From positions 1 through 64,000 of the forward strand of contig NZ_CANMRQ010000001.1 in the NCBI RefSeq assembly GCF_947500325.1: a DNA stretch of 64,000 bases. The letters are read 5' to 3'. Numbering within the stretch: position 1 is the first letter of the stretch; each line of letters opens with the position of its first letter. A program made the translations under genes and the position numbers. A model generated the notes under the pieces. The model had not been told where the DNA came from. It made no database searches and was given only the letters and a program-made list of their open reading frames with translations. Source of the DNA: an uncultured Lacinutrix sp. (lineage in GTDB: Bacteria > Bacteroidota > Bacteroidia > Flavobacteriales > Flavobacteriaceae). Shown one piece after another: positions 9,787 through 19,151 of this stretch.

Positions 9787-10350
9787 TAAAAAATCAATAA
9801 TAAATGTGAGAAGTCAATCAAACAAATCAACTAGCTAATAAATTGCCCTTTAAATTTTATTAGAATTCTACTTTGTTATTTTTCCTTCTATTTTTAGTAA
9901 CTACTCTAAACATGAATAAGTTTTCTGTCAATTAAAGCTTAACATCACTACTTTCTGTTAAATTATTATAGCACTGCTGATGGCTTCCGTTTTCCCTTAA
10001 TGAGGATTAAACACTGTTCTTAGCCGATTAGACTTACTTACAATTTAGTTTAACAGATACAAACTGAATAGGAAAACCCTTCTGAATTTTCATAATAGCA
10101 ATTAATCTTATACGTTGTTAGGAGGCATTTATTAAGTGATTATTTTTAAGATATCCTTTTTAGTAACCTTTCTTTTTAGTTTCTTTTTTAATTTTCTATT
10201 TACTCTTTTGGCAATTCCAATTTTAGTATAACGTATTTATAAAAGTTGGCAAATAAAACGTAGATAGAAAATCCGCAATGACTTTCGTAAACTGGCTAAA
10301 ACCAACAATTAATTTTATACGGTGTTGTAAAACGTTTTTTTGTCGTCTAT

Positions 10351-10986
10351 TTATTTCAAATAATTAACGAAATTTTTTTCAGTTTTTTTTCCAACTAATC
10401 TTTTGTTTTTATAGAAAAGAGTTATTTTTTTTCTTGAAGGAAGCGTTCTGACAACTTTGACTATCTTCCTCTTTGAGAATTTAGTTTTTCTATTCCTTGG
10501 TGTATATCTTCTATATTTTACAACATAGTTTTTCCAATATTTCATTTCAGACATATGTGAAACTCTGTCATTTTTTTCAAGTCTTAAATAATTATAATTT
10601 GTACTTGACAAACTACTTCTACCACCTAAATTCAAATTTTTTATTCTTTTCTTTTTTGGTTTTCCCTCAACTTTAAATTTATGGTCGTTAAACATTTTTC
10701 TCCCAACTTTTTTACCTATCAATTTACCTCCTTGATAGAAATAAAAGGTTAAAGCACCTGAAGAACTTTTAGTAGCGTAAACTTTAATTAAATGATCAGT
10801 AAACGAAACAGTTCCATTTAGGTTTCTGTATAATCTATCTGTTCTTTTTACGTATTCTTCCCAGTAAGCTTTCTCTGTAATAGTTTTAATATATTCTTTC
10901 TTATTCTGATTATTTCTATTTTGCGCTATTGAACTCGTGGCATTTAATAAAAAAATAAAAAGTAAAAAATAGATGATCTTTTTCAT
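10351..10986 (-). CDS. secreted lysine-rich hypothetical protein
   Basis: signal peptide, 211 aa, no recognisable domain. Confidence 0.45.
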   Translation of the reverse strand: MKKIIYFLLFIFLLNATSSIAQNRNNQNKKEYIKTITEKAYWEEYVKRTDRLYRNLNGTVSFTDHLIKVYATKSSSGALTFYFYQGGKLIGKKVGRKMFNDHKFKVEGKPKKKRIKNLNLGGRSSLSSTNYNYLRLEKNDRVSHMSEMKYWKNYVVKYRRYTPRNRKTKFSKRKIVKVVRTLPSRKKITLFYKNKRLVGKKTEKNFVNYLK

Positions 10987-10992
10987 AGTAAT

Positions 10993-11736
10993 TTAGTTAT
11001 AATGGTTTCTAGTTAATTTTTTAGAAGTTTCTTCGTCAGAACTTATTCTAATGTTATATTGTTCAATCATTTTTTTACTGAAGGTTGTAAATACTTGACA
11101 AGTATAAATACCTATTGAGATATCATAAGCACATGAGTTTGTATTTTTACCATGATTTGCCTTTCCAACTAGAATAGTTTGTTGTTTACCATTAGTCCTA
11201 TTTGTTAAAACTATTTTACGAGAATAATAATTTGGATTTAAAAAACAAATGGAACCAACATTACTATTTGTCTCACTCTCAATTTCTTCCTCTTCTATTT
11301 CATCATATTCCTCTAAATCAGTTGATTCTTCATTAGAATCTTTGTTTTTTACATTTTCTGCGGTTTTATTTAAAGTTGCAACAGCAATATTACCAAGAGC
11401 TTTCCAAAATTTTCCTTTTTTCTTTTTTGACTTAATCTCCTCTTCAACTTCCTCAATAATTTCATCATCATCTTCTTCTGTCGTTTTAACAGCTATATTC
11501 TTGTTATTTTCTAATTTTTCTGAAGTTTCTTTAATCACTTTTTTAACATCAGACATTTTAATTTTAATTATTGAACCATTATCCATTTCCACAGTTAAAC
11601 TTTCATTAACTATCATTTCTGTAATTACCCCTTTAAGAATACTCCCATTATTTAAGTGAACAACATCAATTTGTTTACTTTGTGCTGCCAAAAATATCGG
11701 TATGCAGATAGTTAAAATGTAAATTAATTTTTTCAT
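10993..11736 (-). CDS. secreted hypothetical protein with acidic low-complexity region
   Basis: signal peptide, E/D-rich linker, 247 aa. Confidence 0.45.
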   Translation of the reverse strand: MKKLIYILTICIPIFLAAQSKQIDVVHLNNGSILKGVITEMIVNESLTVEMDNGSIIKIKMSDVKKVIKETSEKLENNKNIAVKTTEEDDDEIIEEVEEEIKSKKKKGKFWKALGNIAVATLNKTAENVKNKDSNEESTDLEEYDEIEEEEIESETNSNVGSICFLNPNYYSRKIVLTNRTNGKQQTILVGKANHGKNTNSCAYDISIGIYTCQVFTTFSKKMIEQYNIRISSDEETSKKLTRNHYN

Positions 11737-11880
11737 AATATTTCTAATGCTGCCTAACTATTAATAAAAAGAAAACTTAATGCTAAGAATAGTAGGTATA
11801 TTTTTTTCATTTTATTGAAATTTATTTGAAACAAATCTCAATAGAAACATATGAATTGACAACAACCACTTCGGTTGTTT

Positions 11881-13563
11881 TTACTTATTTATCTGATAAT
11901 CAACAAATAAGTCGTTAAAAATTTTAACAGAATGACTTTTAGTCATCTGAGTATCGATACTTATATCTATAAATATCTTAAGTGCTTCGTAGAGTTTTAC
12001 GATTCGAGTTTTTGCACCACTTAAGCTTAGGTTGATACTTTTAGCTATTTCATTATAACTTTTACCTTTTACAAGTTCAAGATAAACTACTAATAGGTCA
12101 TTATTAATACCTGTTTGCTCTTTAATAAATTTGTGAAATTTAGAATCTTCAATACCCTCAATATCTTGAGGTCTGTTTTCAAGATTTTGTACCATTTCTC
12201 GTAAACGCTTTCCTCTATTTAATTCTTGATTGTATTTATATTGTTCTATTTTTAATTGTTTTTGACGCTTATGAAGATAATACACTAACAATAAAGAGAA
12301 TAATGCAACAATTGAAACAATGTATATTAATTGATCTTTTTTATTACTTTCTTTGGCTAATAGTTCGGCTTGTTTAGCTTTATCTGTTCTAAGTTGTAAA
12401 TTTTCTTTTTCTTTTTCAAAGGTTTCAAATTCAATTTTATCAATAGTCGATTTTAGTTTAGTTTTAGCTCTATTTACACTGTCAACTAAACGCTTGAATA
12501 GTCTTGCCTCTTTATTATTGTTTTTCTTAATATCTATTAAAAACCCTAAACTTTCTATTTTAGAATCTGCACTATTTAATTTATTTGCAATTTTATAAGC
12601 TGCTTCTGCTTTTATTTTTGCTTGGTTGTAATTATTTAGTTTTAAATGCAGTTTCGTTAAGTGAATGTTACTAGCATAAGCGTCTATATAATAATTAAGC
12701 TTAAGCTTTTCATTTTTAATAGAATCAATTTTATTAATTGCATTTTTATTATTTAAGAGTCCTTTTGTAAATGCTTTATTGTCTTCAATTTTTAATTTAA
12801 GTTTTGGCTTTAAACTATCTTTTAAGGCTAAGTCAAAAAACTGTAATGCTTTATTATAGTTTTTTTTCTTTTGAGACATGACTCCAAAACTATTGTATGT
12901 ATTAGCACTATCTTTTTTGTTTTTTGCTATTTTCAATGCATCGGAATACCATTTTTTTGCTGACTCATAATCCCCTAAATTATTAGAACAAATACCTAAT
13001 TGCATGTATAATTTATAGCTAAGTTCTTGGTTTTTTGCACCTATTAATTTTAATCCATCTACCGCTAATTTTTCCGCAGTATAAAAATCCCCATTAATTC
13101 TAGTGATATCTGATAAATTTTTAAGGGACTTTACGACATTTAAAGTGTCTTTAATAGATAAAAAATACTTTTTAGAATTATAAAAATTAACATATGCAGA
13201 ATCTTTAATCTCAATATTGTTATAATTTAACCCTAGTTTGTAATAGGCTTTGGCAATGTAAAGCGTGTCTTTTATAGCTTTAGCGTTTTTTAATAATTTA
13301 TAAGCTTCAAGAATTGCATTTTTTTCATCATCAGCACTATAAAAAATAGCAACTTTACGCGATTGGTATTTTAACTTTTTAGAAGCATTTTCATTACTAA
13401 GCAATGCTTGGTTAATATAATTTAATTGCTGTTTTATATGCAGGCTATCGTTCTTACTTAAAATATATAAAGAGTCCGTCGAAATATTAGATTTTTTTTG
13501 AGCAAAAAGAGGAGTAATACTTAAAATAAAAAACAATAAAAAAAAGGGGAATGTTTTTTCCAT
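11881..13563 (-). CDS. TPR-repeat regulator with one TM helix and C-terminal LuxR-type HTH
   Basis: signal peptide, TPR-like repeats, TM (IYIVSIVALFSLLLVYYL), C-terminal YNEIAKSINLSLSGAKTRI HTH. Confidence 0.55.
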   Translation of the reverse strand: MEKTFPFFLLFFILSITPLFAQKKSNISTDSLYILSKNDSLHIKQQLNYINQALLSNENASKKLKYQSRKVAIFYSADDEKNAILEAYKLLKNAKAIKDTLYIAKAYYKLGLNYNNIEIKDSAYVNFYNSKKYFLSIKDTLNVVKSLKNLSDITRINGDFYTAEKLAVDGLKLIGAKNQELSYKLYMQLGICSNNLGDYESAKKWYSDALKIAKNKKDSANTYNSFGVMSQKKKNYNKALQFFDLALKDSLKPKLKLKIEDNKAFTKGLLNNKNAINKIDSIKNEKLKLNYYIDAYASNIHLTKLHLKLNNYNQAKIKAEAAYKIANKLNSADSKIESLGFLIDIKKNNNKEARLFKRLVDSVNRAKTKLKSTIDKIEFETFEKEKENLQLRTDKAKQAELLAKESNKKDQLIYIVSIVALFSLLLVYYLHKRQKQLKIEQYKYNQELNRGKRLREMVQNLENRPQDIEGIEDSKFHKFIKEQTGINNDLLVVYLELVKGKSYNEIAKSINLSLSGAKTRIVKLYEALKIFIDISIDTQMTKSHSVKIFNDLFVDYQINK

Positions 13564-13581
13564 TCCCCTAAAATACTAAAT

Positions 13582-13737
13582 TTAATCGTCGTCTTTTTCT
13601 TTTTCAGACTCAATAGACTCTTCTCCATTGGTACTTTGTTCTGTTAGATTTTTATCATCTTCCATGTTCTGCGGTGTGCAATTATATAAACTAACACTCA
13701 TTAAAATTATGGCTACTGCCAACACTGCTTTTTTCAT
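13582..13737 (-). CDS. small predicted lipoprotein (51 aa), not in ORF track
   Basis: MKKAVLAVAIILMSVSLYNC lipobox followed by acidic tail; my own translation. Confidence 0.35.
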   Translation of the reverse strand: MKKAVLAVAIILMSVSLYNCTPQNMEDDKNLTEQSTNGEESIESEKEKDDD

Positions 13738-13932
13738 CTCTTTTAAGTTTTAGAGGTTAAACAAATGTTATCCAGTTGCCGATCGGCTTTTATGTGAGTA
13801 GTATATTAAAACAGGATAGTAGCATCTCACATTGCTGTGCTTTAATACACTATTATGATGTAAATTTAAGATGGAGTTAAATGAAAAAAGTTCCAATAAT
13901 GGAACTTTGATAAAAAAGATGAAAAAAATAAA

Positions 13933-14631
13933 TTACAGTAAGCCCAATTCTTGTAGTTTTAAAACCAATTCTTTTTGATTACTAACATCTAGCAACTGGC
14001 TTAACTTGTCTATTCTTTTTTTTATACCTCTATAACTGTATGCTTTGCCTTTTTTAAAAACTTGATTTTTCCAACTTTCTATGCTTTGGTTGGTTGGTAA
14101 TAATTTAATAATCTGCATATCTACATCATCTAGTTTTAAATCATAGGTTACTCGCTTATTCAGTAATTGTTGCACTTCTTTACTATAATAGGTGTTGCCT
14201 TCTAATACTTCCTTTATAGCAAATAATAATTCTTTATTACTAGTACTAGTTTTAAGAACGTAACTTTTGGTTTTATAACTATTAATTACTGTATGTATGC
14301 GCTGCATATCATTATGAGAGCTATAAACAATAGTAGGTAATGTAATTTGTTTTGCCTTTAAAGCAGAAAGCACTTGAATACCATCTTTAAGCTGTGCATT
14401 AAAAGGTTCTATTGTAAAAGTTAAATCTAATATTAATAGAGAGTATGGCTGTGTTAATAAGCTTTTTTTTATTAGAGTAAAACCTTCGTCGCAAGTAGAG
14501 GCTATTGTTATTTTCGCTAATGGAAACTCTCGAAGAATTTTACGCTCTAAGTTTTCAAATACGTCTTCGTGATCTTCAATAATTAAAAAATTAGAATTCA
14601 TACTATTATATAATAACAAATTGAATGGCAA
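13933..14631 (-). CDS. response regulator (receiver + LuxR/NarL-type HTH)
   Basis: receiver motifs (acidic pocket, LILDLTF), 232 aa; overlaps kinase stop. Confidence 0.6.
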   Translation of the reverse strand: MPFNLLLYNSMNSNFLIIEDHEDVFENLERKILREFPLAKITIASTCDEGFTLIKKSLLTQPYSLLILDLTFTIEPFNAQLKDGIQVLSALKAKQITLPTIVYSSHNDMQRIHTVINSYKTKSYVLKTSTSNKELLFAIKEVLEGNTYYSKEVQQLLNKRVTYDLKLDDVDMQIIKLLPTNQSIESWKNQVFKKGKAYSYRGIKKRIDKLSQLLDVSNQKELVLKLQELGLL

Positions 14632-16459
14632 TAATAGTTCCTCTATTTTTTTCGCTTATTATTTTTAAATCACCATTGATATCTTTAACTCTAACTTTCA
14701 TGTTTCTAAAACCGCTTCCTATATTTGTACTTTTTTTATCAAAACCAATACCATCATCTTTAATATTAACACTAATATTTTTAATGTTTTTATTAAAATG
14801 GACATCTATATTATTCGCTTTAGCATAATTACTGCTATTAGAAACTGCTTCTCTAATTACTAAAAACAAATTGTATTTAATAGGTTGTGCTATTTTTTTC
14901 CAATCAATATTTTCTATACCAGATATATTAATTCTAGTGTTTTCTGTTTGGTATGTAGCAGCTAAAGTCGTTAACTGTTCTTGAAAAGGACTTTCCTGAA
15001 AAGACATTACACTTAATTCTTTAGAAATTTTTTTGATGTTATCTTTAATTTGTGTGGTTTGTCTCGCTAAATCACCATCTCCCTTTTTTGTTAACTTATA
15101 TGCAATTGCCTCTAGTTTTTTTGAAATACTATCATGCAATTCTTTACCTATTTCATCCTGCTCATTCTGTCTAGCTTTTATAATATTAAGTTTTGCATTA
15201 TATAAAAGTTCTGCTTTTTTATTTCTAGCATATTTATAAAATAAAATTATACCAAAAAGCAATAGCGTTAAAATAAATAACAATAGTAAATTTTGATTTT
15301 TTCGTTTTTCAGCTAAAATGATTTTTTCTGCCGTATCTGCTCTAAGTTTTTGGTTTTGTTTCTCTGTTTTTTCTGTTTGGAACTTTGTTTCAAACTCTAA
15401 ATACTTACTATTTAGCACAGTATAGTAGATACTATCTTTTAGTTTTATAATACGGTCTATGGTTTCTCTTATGTCTTTTTCACTGTTTATTTTTAGATTA
15501 GCATCTATAGCCTTTTTGCTTCCTTTTAAATATTCTAAATAAGCATTTTCTTTTTCTAATTGAATACGTTTATCTATGATACTATCTCTTTCTTTTAAAA
15601 ACGCTTCGGTATTATTAATTGATTCATTTTTGCCATTTAATTTTGCTAACTGATTCGTTTTCTCAATTTCTGCTTTTAATTTATTTGCTGTTTCAAAACT
15701 ACTATAAAGACCTAAACTTATAAATGCATGTTTCTTTGCTTTATCAAGTTTTCCTGTATATAAGTATATTTTAGCCAAATTCGAATTAGCCAAAACTACA
15801 TTTTTATTTAATTGGTTTGCTTCTGAAAATTTAATAATGTCCTTATACTTTTTCTCTGCATCATTATATTTTTTTTGAAGCTCATTAAGTTGTGCTAAAC
15901 AAATTAAAGTTTCAATAATAGTAACACTGTCTTTACTTTTTTTAGCATAAGTCATTGCTATATCTAAATATTTTTTTGCTTTCTTTTTGTTTTTTTCTTG
16001 AATAAAAATGCGTCCTAAATTAGAATTAGTAGCATTCAATAAATAATTATTATTCGTTAACTCTGCCGTTTCTATAGCTTTTAAGCCAAATACAACCGCG
16101 CTATCCATTTGGTTTTTGGTATAAAATACTGAAGATTTATAATTGTATTTTTTTACTAAAAGAGTATTTGTTTTTAATTTATCTGCAATTTCATCTCCTT
16201 TCCCATAATAAATTTGTGCCGAGTCTAAAAGAGTAAGGTTTTGAAAAGCATAACCTATTTTATAAAAAGCTTTACCTCTTTCTTGTTCCGAAATTTGAGG
16301 GTTTGCTGCTACATTTCTTAGTAGCTTAATACTAGAAAAATACAACCCATTATTAGCTAGACTATCTGATGTTTTAATTTGTTTATAAAAATAAGCGTCT
16401 TTTTCTTTACAAGAATTTAGTCCGAATATTAAAAATAGAAAAATTAGAATTCGTATCAT
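14606..16459 (-). CDS. TPR-containing sensor histidine kinase (HisKA_3/HATPase_c)
   Basis: signal peptide, TPRs, TM, ELHDSI H-box, DDGIGF and GSGFRNM ATP-lid motifs; 617 aa. Confidence 0.75.
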   Translation of the reverse strand: MIRILIFLFLIFGLNSCKEKDAYFYKQIKTSDSLANNGLYFSSIKLLRNVAANPQISEQERGKAFYKIGYAFQNLTLLDSAQIYYGKGDEIADKLKTNTLLVKKYNYKSSVFYTKNQMDSAVVFGLKAIETAELTNNNYLLNATNSNLGRIFIQEKNKKKAKKYLDIAMTYAKKSKDSVTIIETLICLAQLNELQKKYNDAEKKYKDIIKFSEANQLNKNVVLANSNLAKIYLYTGKLDKAKKHAFISLGLYSSFETANKLKAEIEKTNQLAKLNGKNESINNTEAFLKERDSIIDKRIQLEKENAYLEYLKGSKKAIDANLKINSEKDIRETIDRIIKLKDSIYYTVLNSKYLEFETKFQTEKTEKQNQKLRADTAEKIILAEKRKNQNLLLLFILTLLLFGIILFYKYARNKKAELLYNAKLNIIKARQNEQDEIGKELHDSISKKLEAIAYKLTKKGDGDLARQTTQIKDNIKKISKELSVMSFQESPFQEQLTTLAATYQTENTRINISGIENIDWKKIAQPIKYNLFLVIREAVSNSSNYAKANNIDVHFNKNIKNISVNIKDDGIGFDKKSTNIGSGFRNMKVRVKDINGDLKIISEKNRGTIIAIQFVII

Positions 16460-16641
16460 TTACAAGAAATTTAGAGTACTTCTAAAATATAGCAATAGTA
16501 ACTAATAATCTGCTTATTAATAGAGAAAATAAGAGTTTAAAAAACAACATATATATTAAAAAAGAGCCATAAATTCTTCTAAACTGTTTTTTTTGACATA
16601 AGAACGAATTAACGATATTTACAATCTAAACAACTTTCGCT

Positions 16642-18129
16642 ATGCTTAAAAACATCTTATTTAAAATCATCAAATTTTCTAAAAACTTATTTTTTATTAA
16701 ACGATTAGTGGCTCTAGCTATACTTGCTTTTATTATTTATATGTTTAGTGGCGATTTACTATTTATGTCTAAAGCTAAAAAATTAGAACCTGTAAAAGCA
16801 AAAAATATTTTAAATACTAAAGAAACACAAAAATACATGTTGCTTTCAGATTATAAAATAGATTGTAACTATCCATTTATGGTAAAAAAGGTATTTAAAA
16901 AAGATAAAATAAGTCACTTTTATTTGCCGCTTGTTAGTCTAGATAAGCCAAAAGAGATTATTGCTCTAATTAGTGAAAATGCAATAAAAGATAGTACAAT
17001 ATTAAAAACAGAAAGTTATGCTGCTAAAGTGAATTTAGCGCAAAACTATTTTGAAAAAGACATCGAGACTAAATTGTTAAATGGAGAAAAAGAGTTTTAC
17101 ATAAAAAACGGTTTTCAATTTTCAGATACTTTTATGCAGTTAAAAATAGATGCGCCACCAACAGCTTTTGGTAGATATTTAATAGCTGTTATTATAGCTT
17201 CACTTTTATTCTTACTACTTTTAATATCATTCATTCCTAATAAAATTTTAAGTAAATGGTTTAATCAGTATACTGGAATTGATTATAGTTTTGGAAATAA
17301 AACCATTAAAAAAATCGTAAAAAATGTTGAGTATGGTAAATACAATACTGCATTAGAACAAATAAAAGCGTTAACAGCAGACCAAAAAACGCAAGCCATA
17401 GATGCTTTAGCTTTAATGCTAAAAGAGAAGCAGATGCAAAAGTGGAAAAAAGCTGAAGGTAATTCTGCTTTTTTCAAATTAGTTGATGGCAGCAGACAGA
17501 TCTATGACGCATGGGAAAAACGCGGTTACGCTTATGCAACTGAAACAGATGAAGATAGTGCTTTAGGTTTTCTTGAATTACTTGAAAAAGGAAAAAGAAC
17601 ACTTAGTCAAGTACAAGGTTTTTTAAAGGTCGATGCCAATAATTTATTAATAAGCGTTAATAAAGGCTTAAGTGAAAAAGAAGTTTGTAAAAGAGCGTTT
17701 CAAGACTGTATATCTGCCGAGCCTAAACATACTATGGCACATTTAAATTATTTAGATGTAATATTACCTAAATGGCTTGGAAGTGAAGAAGAAGTCGATG
17801 CTTTTATTATAGAACATTCTAAAAAATCTACTTTTTTAGAATGTATATTAAAGGCAAAATGGCTTCATGAGAAAGTAAATTATAACGAAGAAGAAAATTA
17901 TACAAACGAGATTGAATCTTATTTAAATACCTTCGAGCCTCAAATACATCAATTAAAAACCGATAGTCCAAATAAATATATTCTTTATAATTACTTATAC
18001 TTTTTAGCAGATGAAGTTGGAAATAAAAAACTATCTAAACGCTACGAGAAAAAATTAAAAGAGTATTTGTCACCAACACTATATTCTCCCTTACGTTCTG
18101 CTGAAGAGATAAAACGTAAGTTAGGTTAA
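16642..18129 (+). CDS. hypothetical membrane protein
   Basis: 495 aa, two TM segments, no recognisable domain. Confidence 0.45.
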   Translation: MLKNILFKIIKFSKNLFFIKRLVALAILAFIIYMFSGDLLFMSKAKKLEPVKAKNILNTKETQKYMLLSDYKIDCNYPFMVKKVFKKDKISHFYLPLVSLDKPKEIIALISENAIKDSTILKTESYAAKVNLAQNYFEKDIETKLLNGEKEFYIKNGFQFSDTFMQLKIDAPPTAFGRYLIAVIIASLLFLLLLISFIPNKILSKWFNQYTGIDYSFGNKTIKKIVKNVEYGKYNTALEQIKALTADQKTQAIDALALMLKEKQMQKWKKAEGNSAFFKLVDGSRQIYDAWEKRGYAYATETDEDSALGFLELLEKGKRTLSQVQGFLKVDANNLLISVNKGLSEKEVCKRAFQDCISAEPKHTMAHLNYLDVILPKWLGSEEEVDAFIIEHSKKSTFLECILKAKWLHEKVNYNEEENYTNEIESYLNTFEPQIHQLKTDSPNKYILYNYLYFLADEVGNKKLSKRYEKKLKEYLSPTLYSPLRSAEEIKRKLG

Positions 18130-18362
18130 TAGCTTATTTAACTTTCTTTATAATTAGTTCAAAATAGTATAAAGTATTGCCTTACTAAGGAAAATTATTA
18201 ATGCACAGTATAAATAAATATCAGATTATTCTGTAACATTTATATCTACAGTGACACATATCTATAGTTAGCATTAATAATGATAGTAAAATTAAAAACT
18301 TTACCAATATTGTTTCTACATAACTGCTATTAAAAATCTATAATCTAAAAACACTAAATCTA

Positions 18363-19106
18363 TTGAGAGCTATTATTGACATTGCTTTTTCTTCTGTAAA
18401 TATTATACTAAGCCTGTTAGTTATTTTATTAATACTATACTGGCTATTTACAATGATTTCTGGAATTGATTTCGATTTAGATATCGACGTAGATGTAGAT
18501 ATTGATGTTGATGCAGATGTTGACGTAGATATTGATACTGCTACTTCTATTACAGACCTTGCTAATGCAGAAATTAATAAAGAGGATGTTCTTAAATACA
18601 ATAGAAAAAACCTAGAATGGTGGCAAATAGTATTACTCTATTTTAACTTTGTAGGCTTACCATTTATGTTCACATTTACATGCTGGATTTTTATATGGTG
18701 GTTATGTACTGTAATTTCTACAAGCATTACAGAATCGTATAACACTAGTTTTGGTTATACATTACTTTTAATAGGTATCGTTCCCTCGTTATTTTTAACT
18801 AAAATTTTTACAACACCATTTAAAGGCTTTTTTAAGAATTTGAATCCCGATGGAGATTTACCAATAAATTTAGCAGGTAGAAAAGGAGTTATGCTATCAA
18901 AAATTTCTGGTGATAAAATGGGATCTGCAGAAGTTGTAGCGAAAGGAAACCCCATGTCTGTCTATGCAAAATCATTTGGAGGTGAAACAATTAATTATAA
19001 ACAAACTATTATTGTTGTTAAACAGTCTGATGACAAAAATTTTTACTGGGTTTTCCCTTATGTAGAAGATGAAGAAAATCCCACTAGACTAGATGAAACC
19101 AATTAA
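18363..19106 (+). CDS. NfeD-like membrane protein (YqiJ-like) with acidic DVDID repeat
   Basis: TM helices plus C-terminal OB-fold-like region; immediately upstream of flotillin, as in yqiJ-yqiK. Confidence 0.6.
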   Translation: MRAIIDIAFSSVNIILSLLVILLILYWLFTMISGIDFDLDIDVDVDIDVDADVDVDIDTATSITDLANAEINKEDVLKYNRKNLEWWQIVLLYFNFVGLPFMFTFTCWIFIWWLCTVISTSITESYNTSFGYTLLLIGIVPSLFLTKIFTTPFKGFFKNLNPDGDLPINLAGRKGVMLSKISGDKMGSAEVVAKGNPMSVYAKSFGGETINYKQTIIVVKQSDDKNFYWVFPYVEDEENPTRLDETN

Positions 19107-19151
19107 AAAACATTATAAACATTAACTTAAATAAAAACTAAATAGTAATTT

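Noticed and set aside
11249-11659. ORF 11249-11659 (+), Ser/Ile-rich 136 aa
   Set aside because: Low-complexity translation antisense to the acidic linker of the secreted protein 10993-11736. The same pattern applies to 12353-12598, 14625-14828, 15033-15239, 19373-19591, 19715-19927 and 20561-20770, which lie inside the TPR kinase and the flotillin coiled-coil.
18338-18601. ORF 18338-18601 (-) overlapping the NfeD start
   Set aside because: Antisense to the DVDID repeat region. Its STSTS low-complexity translation mirrors the GAT repeat and is not an independent gene.
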